DNA of 64,000 nt from Patescibacteria group bacterium (lineage in GTDB: Bacteria > Patescibacteriota > Minisyncoccia > 2-02-FULL-40-12 > GWA2-44-9), in contig JBBTSY010000007.1 in the NCBI GenBank assembly GCA_038064515.1, positions 18,249-82,248 of the forward strand, given 5' to 3'. The position numbers and the translations under genes are program-made. Within the stretch, counting starts at the first letter, position 1, and each line of letters begins with the position of its first letter. Under the pieces are notes generated by a model. The model had not been told where the DNA came from. It ran no database searches and saw only the letters and a list, made by a program, of their open reading frames with translations. This document shows, in pieces, positions 43,760 through 53,286 of this stretch.

Positions 43760-45565
43760 TTAATCCAAATACCCTTTTGCCTGCTTGCGGAACATGCGGG
43801 CGTAGATGCCATCCATCGCCATGAGCGATTTGTGATTCCCTTCCTCTGCAATCATCCCATCTTTGAGCACGATAATTTTATCGGCGTTCCGTACCGTAGA
43901 AAAGCGGTGCGAGATCAAAATGAGCGTCTTATGCTTATACGTGCGGTACAGGTTGTCAAAAATTTGTGCTTCAGCTTCGGCATCGATCGCCGATGTCGGT
44001 TCGTCCAAAATGAGGATTGGTGCCGCCTCATAGAACGCCCGTGCCAGCGCAAGTTTCTGCCACTGTCCTTGAGAGAGCTCCGCGGAATCCTCAAAGCGTT
44101 TACCTAAACGCTGTTCATACTTTTTCGGAAGTGCTTCAATGAATTCGGCGGCGCCGGACTGCTCTGCCGCGTTCCACATTTTCTTTTCGTCAATGAGTTC
44201 TGGATTGCCCAGAAGGACATTGTCCTTAATAGACAGCGAAAACTTCACGAAATCCTGAAAAAGGATGCTTACAAATCGATACCAATTGCTAGACTGAACA
44301 TCCTTTAGGTCAACGTCATTCACCAGAATCTGCCCCCGTGAGGGATCATAGAATCGCAAGAGTAGGCTGATAAGCGTTGTTTTGCCCGCGCCGTTGGGAC
44401 CAACAATCGCCAGATGCTGACCAGGCTCCAGCGAAAATGAAATATCTTTGAGTACTTCGGGGCTTTTGGCATCATAGCGAAAACTGACGTTCTGAAACTC
44501 AATTTTGGGCGGTCTAATCTCTGCGAAAGCGAAGCCGGGATTTTTCTCAGGAACAATCTTGGGCAGATCGAGGACAGCAAAGTAGAAACCAACATAGAGG
44601 TTCTGCTCAAAGAGTTTACTGATCTGACCCACCATTTCCTGGGAGCTTTGAGAGATACGATCCAGCATTTGTATATAGAAAGTAAAAGTACCGAGTGTGA
44701 TCGCACCCGCGGTAACCGCCGGCAACTTCAGGTATGCCAATATGAATAGTATCCCGATTTCAAAGACAATCGCCAGAAAAAAATTGGGCAGAGAACCACG
44801 AAGCGGTTTGCGCGTTGATTCATAAAGGAACTCCTGGAGTTTACGAATGCGGGCGATCAATGCCGAACTGGCCTGAGCAACTTTCAGCTCCTTGATGTCA
44901 GAGGGGTCATCAAAGAGTCCTTGCAGGTACATCAACTCTTTCTGTTCAATAGTGTTTTTGTCATACCGAGCCCATTCAACTTTAATATATCTGTTCCGAT
45001 AGAAGAACCGGGGAACGGTTGCCAGTCCCATCGCCAAAGGAATCCAGAAGCCGAACGGGATCAACACAATGAACGAACCAATGAGGGTGCCTAATGACGT
45101 GATGCTGTAAAAAAGGAAGTAGAAGAAATTGATGAGCCGCCAAGGGTATGCTTGCCGGGCTTTAATGATGAGATTCTGCGTTTCCGGATCCTCAAAATGC
45201 GGAATGTCCAACTGCGACAGCTTTGTAATGAATCGCAGTACCAGCGCATTATCAATCTTGTGTTCAAAGAGGTTGTCCAGGTACTCATAGTGGAATGTGG
45301 CTCGCAGGTTCGCGAACAAGTCCAAGACGTAACGAAACGCGAACAGTGACAAAAGCGTCGTTGTAACTGCCATAGCCGCATTTTGCGTCTTAATGATCTC
45401 GTCAATGACGAGTTTAAAAATGTAGCTGAAGGCGATCGGAACAACGGCGGCCAGAAGTACAAGAGCGACGAGTACGATAAACATAAACCGATCCGCCTGC
45501 CATGCGACGGAGATGATGCGCTTAGCGTTCTTGACGAACTGCTTGAGAGCGTCGGTTCGGGACAT
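43760..45565 (-). CDS. ABC transporter, fused permease/ATPase (MsbA-like exporter)
   Basis: 601 aa. An N-terminal 6-TM domain is present. The NBD has Walker A GPNGAGKTT, signature LSQGQWQKLALARA and Walker B ILILDEPTSAID. Confidence 0.9.
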   Translation of the reverse strand: MSRTDALKQFVKNAKRIISVAWQADRFMFIVLVALVLLAAVVPIAFSYIFKLVIDEIIKTQNAAMAVTTTLLSLFAFRYVLDLFANLRATFHYEYLDNLFEHKIDNALVLRFITKLSQLDIPHFEDPETQNLIIKARQAYPWRLINFFYFLFYSITSLGTLIGSFIVLIPFGFWIPLAMGLATVPRFFYRNRYIKVEWARYDKNTIEQKELMYLQGLFDDPSDIKELKVAQASSALIARIRKLQEFLYESTRKPLRGSLPNFFLAIVFEIGILFILAYLKLPAVTAGAITLGTFTFYIQMLDRISQSSQEMVGQISKLFEQNLYVGFYFAVLDLPKIVPEKNPGFAFAEIRPPKIEFQNVSFRYDAKSPEVLKDISFSLEPGQHLAIVGPNGAGKTTLISLLLRFYDPSRGQILVNDVDLKDVQSSNWYRFVSILFQDFVKFSLSIKDNVLLGNPELIDEKKMWNAAEQSGAAEFIEALPKKYEQRLGKRFEDSAELSQGQWQKLALARAFYEAAPILILDEPTSAIDAEAEAQIFDNLYRTYKHKTLILISHRFSTVRNADKIIVLKDGMIAEEGNHKSLMAMDGIYARMFRKQAKGYLD

Positions 45566-46881
45566 TATTTTCTTTCTTTGAGGGAAGACGCAATATCCTG
45601 GATGCCGATCCGTTCCTGTGCCATTGAATCCCGATCACGGATGGTGACGGTATCGTCTTCGAGAGTTTGGAAATCAACGGTAATGCAGTATGGCGTGCCG
45701 ATCTCATCTTGGGCGTAGTAGCGTTTGCCGATGTTACCGCGATCATCCCAAGCAACCATGAACTCCTCTCGCAGTGAGTCGTATATTTCTTTCGCCTTTA
45801 CAACAAGCTCTGGTTTGTTTTTAAGCAGTGGAAACACGGCCGCCTTATACGGCGCGAGTTTAAATGGAAGTTTGAGTACAACACGTTCGTCTTCTTCTCG
45901 ATACGAATCCAGGAGCAAGAAGAGCATCGAGCGATCGACTCCCGCCGATGTTTCGATGTCCCACGGGATATAATTCTCATTTGTTTCAGGATCTCGATAG
46001 TTCATATCCTGACCAGAGAACTCTTGGTGGCGTCGGAGATCCCAATCCGCTCGGTGGTGAATACCCATCACCTCTTGCCAGCCCCATGGGCTGTCATATT
46101 CAATGTCAGTTGCGGCACGAGCATAGTGGGCCCGCTCATCATCTGCATGATCTCGAAAACGAAGACTTTCTTTTTTAAATCCTAAGGAAAGATACCAGTC
46201 CATCCGATTCTGCTTCCAGTATTCAAACCACTTCTTTCCCTCGGCCTCATCAGGCTTGATGTAATACTGAACTTCCATCTGTTCGAATTCTCGGGAACGG
46301 TATGTAAATCCTCCCGGCGTAATCTCGTTTCGAAAGGCTTTTCCGATTTGGGCAATACCAAATGGAATTTTAACTCGTGTCGAGTCGACAACATTCTTGA
46401 AATTCACTTGTACGCCGTTCGTTATTTCTCCGCGTAGGAAAATTTGGCCTTGTTCTCCTTCGATAACTCCGAGATACGCTTTTACAAGCAAATTAAACTG
46501 GCGGGGTTCAGTCCATTCAACTTTTTTGCCCGAGTGCGTCTGCTCATGCGCCTTGATCTCGTCTGGCTTGTCGGCTCGAAATCGCTGGTGGCAAGTTTTA
46601 CACTCTACCAACGGGTCGGAGAAAGAAGTAACGTGGCCGCTTGCTTCCCATGCTTTGGGATTCATCATAATAGCCGCATCCACACCGACAACGTCGTCGC
46701 GCAGTTGGACCATATCTTTCCACCAAAGGTCCTTAATATTCTTTTTTAATAGTGCCCCCGCTGGTCCGTAATCCCAGGTACCGCGAAGACCGCCATAAAT
46801 TTCCGATCCGGGAAAAACAAACCCCCGCCGCTTGCAGAGTGAAACAATTTTTTCGAGAAGATTTTGATTTGAAGTAGTCAT
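45565..46881 (-). CDS. glyQS: Glycyl-tRNA synthetase, dimeric class II type
   Basis: 438 aa. The N-terminus is LCKRRGFVFPGSEIYGGLRGTWDYGPAG. A C-terminal anticodon-binding domain is present. Confidence 0.9.
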   Translation of the reverse strand: MTTSNQNLLEKIVSLCKRRGFVFPGSEIYGGLRGTWDYGPAGALLKKNIKDLWWKDMVQLRDDVVGVDAAIMMNPKAWEASGHVTSFSDPLVECKTCHQRFRADKPDEIKAHEQTHSGKKVEWTEPRQFNLLVKAYLGVIEGEQGQIFLRGEITNGVQVNFKNVVDSTRVKIPFGIAQIGKAFRNEITPGGFTYRSREFEQMEVQYYIKPDEAEGKKWFEYWKQNRMDWYLSLGFKKESLRFRDHADDERAHYARAATDIEYDSPWGWQEVMGIHHRADWDLRRHQEFSGQDMNYRDPETNENYIPWDIETSAGVDRSMLFLLLDSYREEDERVVLKLPFKLAPYKAAVFPLLKNKPELVVKAKEIYDSLREEFMVAWDDRGNIGKRYYAQDEIGTPYCITVDFQTLEDDTVTIRDRDSMAQERIGIQDIASSLKERK

Positions 46882-46883
46882 GA

Positions 46884-48635
46884 TTATTCCACAGTTCCAT
46901 CGGCGGAACGATCTATCGTATCGCTGGTCGTAAGATCATCAAGATTCAACAGTACGCTTTGTTGAGTAAAGCTATCCGTTCCCGCAAATGTGCCGTTTTT
47001 GACAAGCGTCGGCGCGCTTCCTCGTTGCGTCGAAGATGGCGTAATACTTACCTGAAAGCTGACTTCATAGATGCTACTGGTACCGCTTCCGGATGGTAGC
47101 TGACCAATGCTCCAGATTACCTGGCCTTTGTTGCGGTCATAAGCTGGCTGGGATTGGCTGGTGGCAGACGACACGATATTCTTCCATGCCACGCCCGTAG
47201 GCAGTGTCGCCTTTACTACTGCGTTGTTTACGGCATTGCCCGGATTGACCAACCGCCAATGGACGGTAAACATCGTTTCGCTTCCGACATTGAGCGGCAT
47301 CGGACCGAATGATCCGAACGCCGGATCACTATAATACATCGTCTGGATTACATTGGGCTGGGTGCTAATTTTTGTGATCAAACTGTCCTGTGTCGAGATC
47401 TCCTCGCCATCCAGACCGGTAGGAATATCGGACGTCACCAGAGAGGCGGTCGTTTTCACAAAGAAATTTTTAGAACCGAGCCCGCCGGAAAAAGATGACT
47501 TGAGACGAATACGAAAATCAACTTTCCCCGTCGCCGACGGTCCCAAGTTGCTGAAATTAGGCACACTGCCGGCATTCCAAACAATCGTCTGCGTGGCGCT
47601 GTCGTAGAAACCGCCGGTGGGATCAAGTGAATTGAGGTCATACATTTCGCCTTCAAGCTTCAGCAGAAGGTTCAGTCCGGAGAAGGTGTAGCTGGAGCTA
47701 TTCCTATACTGGATCGAGTATGCCAAAATATCACCCGGACTGGCGGTGTAGTCCCGCTCGCCATTTACCGATATTTTTACGTCCAAGAGCGGGCTCGAGA
47801 TAATCGTAGAAGCTTCGGCTCGTTCATAATTTATATAATCGCCGTTTATCTTCCGTTGAAGTATCATCGAAACGGTTTTACTGTCGCGCTCATTTCCGGA
47901 TATTGTTCCCGTCACGGTGATGCGCGCGCCAGAATCTTTTTTGAGTAATTTAATATCCCATGTTGCGTCCCCCGTCGTTGGTTGGGGGCTGAAACGCTTT
48001 GGCGCAAATCCTTCGGGATAGGCAAGTTTAAATCGAAGATCTGCGATATCGCCCTGCGATTCATTGCGATAATCGAGCGTATAAGTAATCTCCTGGCCCG
48101 ACACCGCGATTGGCGGAACACTCAAAGTGACCGGAACCGGCATCCCAATGATAGTCGTCGCCGCCGATACCGGCTTCTTTTCGAAACGAGAGCTCAATGT
48201 TCCCGCTTTATAGGTCATATCGGCTTTTGCGTAGAGAATGCTTCCCTTCTCTCCCACTAGAAATGCTTTAAATTCTTTTTCGCCGCTTTGGCGCGCTCCG
48301 ACAGAATCAAGTTCGAATGTTTCTGAAGTTTCTTCTGAATATGAACCGTCTTCTTTAATCACGATCGCATGGTCGGGATAGAAAAAGCGGAATTTAATGT
48401 CCTTGATATCAGTTCGAGTCGTATTGCTGTATGTAATTTTATAGGTTGCTTCGTCGCCGGAAAGGGCTTGCTGGGGACCTTCTATTTTAAACTCGACGCC
48501 GCGTTCGCTGAACGATGAGCTCCCAAACCAAAAAACAAGGATCGCGGTTACAAAGAGCACTAATGCCACAATCACAAGGATCTTCAAGTATTTGCTGGAT
48601 CCTGGCGATGAAAAGTATTCAAGTATATTCCTCAT
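46884..48635 (-). CDS. Secreted/membrane-anchored protein with N-terminal TM helix and about four repeated beta-rich domains
   Basis: 583 aa. The TM helix is ILVIVALVLFVTAILVFWFG. Segments of about 110 aa recur (…TYKITYSNTTRTDIKDIKFRFFYP…, …TYTLDYRNESQGDIADLRFKLAYP…, …SIQYRNSSSYTFSGLNLLLKLEG…), in the style of DUF11/CARDB-like repeats. Confidence 0.6.
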   Translation of the reverse strand: MRNILEYFSSPGSSKYLKILVIVALVLFVTAILVFWFGSSSFSERGVEFKIEGPQQALSGDEATYKITYSNTTRTDIKDIKFRFFYPDHAIVIKEDGSYSEETSETFELDSVGARQSGEKEFKAFLVGEKGSILYAKADMTYKAGTLSSRFEKKPVSAATTIIGMPVPVTLSVPPIAVSGQEITYTLDYRNESQGDIADLRFKLAYPEGFAPKRFSPQPTTGDATWDIKLLKKDSGARITVTGTISGNERDSKTVSMILQRKINGDYINYERAEASTIISSPLLDVKISVNGERDYTASPGDILAYSIQYRNSSSYTFSGLNLLLKLEGEMYDLNSLDPTGGFYDSATQTIVWNAGSVPNFSNLGPSATGKVDFRIRLKSSFSGGLGSKNFFVKTTASLVTSDIPTGLDGEEISTQDSLITKISTQPNVIQTMYYSDPAFGSFGPMPLNVGSETMFTVHWRLVNPGNAVNNAVVKATLPTGVAWKNIVSSATSQSQPAYDRNKGQVIWSIGQLPSGSGTSSIYEVSFQVSITPSSTQRGSAPTLVKNGTFAGTDSFTQQSVLLNLDDLTTSDTIDRSADGTVE

Positions 48636-48663
48636 AAATTCAATCCTCTAAGTTTATCACATT

Positions 48664-49248
48664 CTACATGACCTCATACAGGAAGCGCAAGGAATTTAAG
48701 CGGAGGCTGAAAGTGTATTCATAGATAGTATCGAGTGGAGAGGGAAAGGTGGCCCCGCCATAACGGGGTCCCGCTGAGGCGGTGGCCACTGGGATTACCG
48801 GGAGTTGAGAGGCGTAACCAAGCACATTTAAGAAATCGGCTTGTTTTTCCCGAAAAAATGGCATCAGCGCTGATGCGTCCGCGGCATCCAGCTCAATTAA
48901 AAGCCTATATAAAAAGTTCCAGAGCTTTTCATCTTTCTGATTATCATAAGCGACGCGGTCGATAACTTCAAAGAAAAAATAGGCCACTGCCTGATGCGCC
49001 AATGATTTTCGAATGTGGCTGAAAGTATTCTCACTTTGAGCGCCGGTAATGATCGGCGTGGCGCGGCCATTTATTAAATCGAAATCGACAAGATTTAAAA
49101 CATCCAGATGCATCCCCTGAATCGAACTTTCTTTCAGAGAACTTTTAGCGATCGCAGTCAGTTTGCCCCACTCCTGGCTGTAGCAAGTAATAAGCTGGTC
49201 ATATTCCTTCGTCATCTGCTTTTTGATGATAATCGCTTTCGTTCTCAT
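48664..49248 (-). CDS. recO: DNA repair protein RecO-like (short form)
   Basis: 194 aa. The N-terminal OB-fold pattern (MRTKAIIIKK...EYDQLITCYSQEWGKLTAIAKSS) is consistent with RecO. The gene lies upstream of ileS. Confidence is moderate. Confidence 0.55.
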   Translation of the reverse strand: MRTKAIIIKKQMTKEYDQLITCYSQEWGKLTAIAKSSLKESSIQGMHLDVLNLVDFDLINGRATPIITGAQSENTFSHIRKSLAHQAVAYFFFEVIDRVAYDNQKDEKLWNFLYRLLIELDAADASALMPFFREKQADFLNVLGYASQLPVIPVATASAGPRYGGATFPSPLDTIYEYTFSLRLNSLRFLYEVM

Positions 49249-52200
49249 TTTTTAATGCCGATCCAGATTTTTTTACCGGGCGCGAGCTTGATTTCTTCTT
49301 CTACATCATATGCACGATCTGCTTTAGGCTGCCGTAATAATTCGGAAAGCACGGTATCCGTTTTGATTGCGACGGACCATTCGGTGATCGCATTTGAAAG
49401 AGCGGCATCTTCACTGTGCCAGTATGCCACGACTTCCTCATCAAAACGATAGCCGGCATCCTTGCGCATATCCTGGATCTGGCGCATCATCTCCCGCGCA
49501 TATCCTTCCGCGCGCAATTCGTCGGAGATTGCGAGATCAAAGCTCAACTTGGCTTCGGCAGGCAAGCCTGCTTTTTGATAGCGGATGTCTTTTACATTTA
49601 ACTCATCCTTAATCAATGCCTCGAGACCCGGATCAAGCGGATCGCTAGGAATAATCACCGCTTGGAGCGGCTGGCGCACTTTAAGCTGTTCGTTCTTGCG
49701 CAGGGCCAGCCCCTGTGTCACGAATTCCTGAATTCGGATCATCGCAGATTCCAATTCGCTGTTCACCATTTTCACATCGCCAATCGGCCAGCGTTGGAGG
49801 TGGACACTTTCTGTACCCTCGCTTTGTCCGCCAATACGCGCATAGATATCCTCGGCGGTATAGGGCGCAAACGGAGCGATCATTTTGGTCACCTCAAACA
49901 ACAAGTATCGCAACACACCGATCGCTTCTGGTCGGTTACGGGAACGGCGGAGCCACCATTTAGAGAGATCATCAATCACGAATTTCTCGATCATACGGGC
50001 GGCGGTTGTCGGATCGTACGCATCCATCCGTTTAGTAGCTTCTAAAATAGTTCGATTAAGCCGCGAAAGCATCCACTGATCGAGCACCGTCGGTTCCTGT
50101 TCCTGGCCCCGCCTTGGCGGGAGTTTTTCATAGAGTTCATAAAAGCGGACGCAGTTTTCAAGGGTAGTAAAAAAACCTTTGAGTCGTTCTTGCGCGTCTT
50201 TAAGAGTCACCACCGTGGATTCCCCTGGCATGTTGGCGGTATAGAAGTACCACCGCGTAGCATCAACGCCGACGGCATCCATGAATTCATCGGGAGCGAT
50301 GACGTTGCCTTTAGATTTGGACATTTTCTTTCCATGCTCATCGAGAGTATGACCAAGCGATATTACATTCCTGTAGGGAGCGCCCTTATTCAGGAGTGTC
50401 GAAATCGCCAATAAGGTATAGAACCAGCCGCGAGTTTGATCTACCGCTTCCACGATAAAGTCTGCCGGGAATTGCCTCTCGAATATTTCCTTATTTTCAA
50501 ACGGCCAGTGCCATTGGGCGTACGGCATACAGCCGGAATCAAACCAGACATCGATGAGATCGGGTACTTTATACATCGGTCCGTCGCATTTCGAGCACTT
50601 TAAAACAATTTCATCCACGTATGGCCGATGGAGATCAACGTCACCCTGGTCATTGTAAGGATAGTTTGGCAGGGTCGCTTTCATGTACGTCCCCTGCTTG
50701 AGATAGATTTCTGATTTTTTCGCGAGAGTGTCCGCGTCGTCTCGGTTCATCATTGCGCTGGCAAGAATCCAGAGCGGGTCACCGTGACTGATAATGAGGA
50801 TATTTTTGCCTTCGTATTTTTTATCCAGTTCCACTACAACCGCCATCATGCGGGCTTTAACATCGCGCCAACTGTCACCATCTCCGCGCCTGGCATCCAT
50901 TGCCACGATAGTGCCTAGTTGCTCGACACATTGAGCATGTGTTTTTCCCTCACACGCCAATCCGTGCTTTATTTCGCCTAGCCGCTCATCAGTTTCTACA
51001 GGAATACCCAGAACTTCAGAGATAATCTTTGCCGTACCTTGGGTACGCTTGAAAGGTGACACAATGATAATGCCGATTTTTTCTTTTTTTAATTTATCAG
51101 CCATATCCGCTATCTGCTTCCGCCCTTCGTCGTTAAGTTCATAAATATCATATTCACCGGTATACGAATTGATAATCATATTCTTCTCGACGCTTCCGCG
51201 ATCGGTAAGCCCATGACGCGCCAAAATAAATTCATTTGGCTTCTTAAAGCGATTTTTTTTCAAATCATCGAGACTCCCCGCAACGCGATATGTTTCACAA
51301 TCGGCATTGGCGCATTGCCATACCGGCAGGGGCGTCCCCCAGTATCGTTCGCGAGAGAATGCCCAATCTTTGCCTTCTTTGATCCACTGTCCAAAGCGGC
51401 CCTCCTTTAAATGGCTCGGAATCCAGTTAATCTGATCGTTGTTTTTTAAAAGCTGCTTATTCACCGCTGACATTTTGATAAACCAGGATGTCTTGGCATA
51501 ATAGATCAGCGCAGTGTCACAGCGCCAACAGAATGGATAATCGTGCTCATACTCCTCCTCTTTGAAGAGCGTGCCGGTGGCTTTCAGTTTCGCAAGAATT
51601 ACTTCCGTAGTCTTGGCGGTTTTTACATACATGCCGTCCAGATCAGAGCTTACGCCGATAAATTTGCCCTGCAGATCTACCGTGTGCACTTTTGGTAAAC
51701 CAAGCTCCGTGCCCAGAGCATAATCATCTTCACCGTACATCACCGCGGTATGCACGACGCCGGTACCGTCCGTAGTAGAAACAAACGGCGCGGCATAAAT
51801 ATGGTAGGACTTCTCTGATTTCAGTTGCGATACATCAAAGAGAGGTTCGTATTCAAGTCCCACAAGATCATTGCCGTCTATAAAACCCAATTCTGCCCCA
51901 TCAAATTGCGGGAAAACTTTTAACAACAAATCTTTCGCTAAAATATAAGTTTCTTCGCTATCTTTTGGTTTTATCTTTACGTACCTGATATCCTTCCCTA
52001 CGGCCAAGGCGACATTTCCCGGAAGCGTCCAAGGAGTGGTGGTCCACGCAAGTATAAAGGTGTTCTCCGAAAACTTGTCATTCTTGGTGAGTTTAAATTT
52101 TAGGTAAACGGAATTCTCCTTGACCAGCTTGTACCCTTGGGCCACTTCATGCGATGAAAGTCCGGTCCCGCAACGCGTGCAAAAAGGCACCACGCGATGC

Positions 52201-52709
52201 GCTTGATACAAGAGATCTTTATCCCAGATGGTTTTTATAATATTCCAAACGGATTCAATATATGACGTCTCATACGTTACATACGGATCGTGGAGATCAA
52301 GCCAGAATCCCATGCGTTTGGTCATCTGTTCCCACAGGCCCTTATATTTTTTAGCATTCTCTTTCGCCTTCTGGTTGAATTTTGCTATGCCGTATTCTTC
52401 GATCTGCTTCTTATTTTTAAAACCAAGTTCTTTTTCGATCTCGATTTCTATCGGCAAGCCATGCGTATCCCAACCCGCCCTTCGCAAAACGCTATAGCCG
52501 CGCATCGTTTTGTAGCGCCCATAGAGATCTTTAAATACACGTGTCAAGAAGTGTCCGATATGCGGTAGTCCATTAGCCGTCGGGGGGCCTTCAAAGAAAA
52601 CAAAATGTTCCTCTTTGCTTCGAAGTTCCAGGCTTTTTTCAAAAATCTGCTCCGATTCCCAAAAATGCCGGATTCGCTCTTCAGTTTTCTTAAAATCAAA
52701 AACAGCCAT
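49245..52709 (-). CDS. ileS: Isoleucyl-tRNA synthetase carrying an approximately 190-aa inserted histidine-phosphatase (phosphoglycerate-mutase-like) domain
   Basis: 1154 aa. HIGH appears as PHIGHFLT and KMSKS as KMSKSKGN. CP1 editing-domain motifs are present. An insertion at residues approximately 490-680 (coordinates approximately 50670-51245) contains ILARHGLTDRG...IIIVSPFKRTQGTA...LIISHGDPL, matching the RHG/SHG catalytic motifs of the histidine phosphatase superfamily. Confidence 0.95.
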   Translation of the reverse strand: MAVFDFKKTEERIRHFWESEQIFEKSLELRSKEEHFVFFEGPPTANGLPHIGHFLTRVFKDLYGRYKTMRGYSVLRRAGWDTHGLPIEIEIEKELGFKNKKQIEEYGIAKFNQKAKENAKKYKGLWEQMTKRMGFWLDLHDPYVTYETSYIESVWNIIKTIWDKDLLYQAHRVVPFCTRCGTGLSSHEVAQGYKLVKENSVYLKFKLTKNDKFSENTFILAWTTTPWTLPGNVALAVGKDIRYVKIKPKDSEETYILAKDLLLKVFPQFDGAELGFIDGNDLVGLEYEPLFDVSQLKSEKSYHIYAAPFVSTTDGTGVVHTAVMYGEDDYALGTELGLPKVHTVDLQGKFIGVSSDLDGMYVKTAKTTEVILAKLKATGTLFKEEEYEHDYPFCWRCDTALIYYAKTSWFIKMSAVNKQLLKNNDQINWIPSHLKEGRFGQWIKEGKDWAFSRERYWGTPLPVWQCANADCETYRVAGSLDDLKKNRFKKPNEFILARHGLTDRGSVEKNMIINSYTGEYDIYELNDEGRKQIADMADKLKKEKIGIIIVSPFKRTQGTAKIISEVLGIPVETDERLGEIKHGLACEGKTHAQCVEQLGTIVAMDARRGDGDSWRDVKARMMAVVVELDKKYEGKNILIISHGDPLWILASAMMNRDDADTLAKKSEIYLKQGTYMKATLPNYPYNDQGDVDLHRPYVDEIVLKCSKCDGPMYKVPDLIDVWFDSGCMPYAQWHWPFENKEIFERQFPADFIVEAVDQTRGWFYTLLAISTLLNKGAPYRNVISLGHTLDEHGKKMSKSKGNVIAPDEFMDAVGVDATRWYFYTANMPGESTVVTLKDAQERLKGFFTTLENCVRFYELYEKLPPRRGQEQEPTVLDQWMLSRLNRTILEATKRMDAYDPTTAARMIEKFVIDDLSKWWLRRSRNRPEAIGVLRYLLFEVTKMIAPFAPYTAEDIYARIGGQSEGTESVHLQRWPIGDVKMVNSELESAMIRIQEFVTQGLALRKNEQLKVRQPLQAVIIPSDPLDPGLEALIKDELNVKDIRYQKAGLPAEAKLSFDLAISDELRAEGYAREMMRQIQDMRKDAGYRFDEEVVAYWHSEDAALSNAITEWSVAIKTDTVLSELLRQPKADRAYDVEEEIKLAPGKKIWIGIKK

Positions 52710-52806
52710 GATGTACCGCCATGATGACTGAAAATAGGAGTTTTTTCAACCCCAACGGAATTAATCAGGTTGCCAAGTGCCCCAAAATTTCCTTTAATGG
52801 AAGAGT

Positions 52807-53214
52807 ATGAAAATTGTTTTTCCAATCCTGGCTGGCTGTATTGTCCTGTTTGTTGGCATTTATGTTTCCGGCCAGATGGCATTTTATGAAGACTTCCCGT
52901 ACTTTGATAGCGTCATGCATGTTCTTGGCGGGGCTGTGATTGGCTGGCTTGTGTTTGCTCATGCTTCCGTTAAAGGACGCCCCACTCCCTCGCTAGGCCT
53001 TGTGCTCCTTATCGCAATCGTCATTGGACTCCTCTGGGAACTGGCCGAGTATACCTCCGGACTGACAATGCAGGGAACCGTCGTCTACAAATACTTCCAC
53101 GGCGGCGGACGCCTCGATTCCCTCTCCGATCTGGCGATGGCCGTCCTGGGCGCCACAATCGCCTTCATCCTCCACCCGAAGAAACTAGATTCGTTCAAGG
53201 GTCTTGATGCCTAG
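52807..53214 (+). CDS. Small integral membrane protein (about 4 TM helices)
   Basis: 135 aa. Hydrophobic segments ILAGCIVLFVGIY, HVLGGAVIGWLVF, LGLVLLIAIVIGLLW and MAVLGATIAFIL. It is the first gene of an AT-rich islet. Confidence 0.45.
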   Translation: MKIVFPILAGCIVLFVGIYVSGQMAFYEDFPYFDSVMHVLGGAVIGWLVFAHASVKGRPTPSLGLVLLIAIVIGLLWELAEYTSGLTMQGTVVYKYFHGGGRLDSLSDLAMAVLGATIAFILHPKKLDSFKGLDA

Positions 53215-53286
53215 GAGCCCCAGTCCATTCCTCAAAACGCCTATCACCGCTTCGATAAGGAGAAGTTAAAATATTCAAATAGCAAA

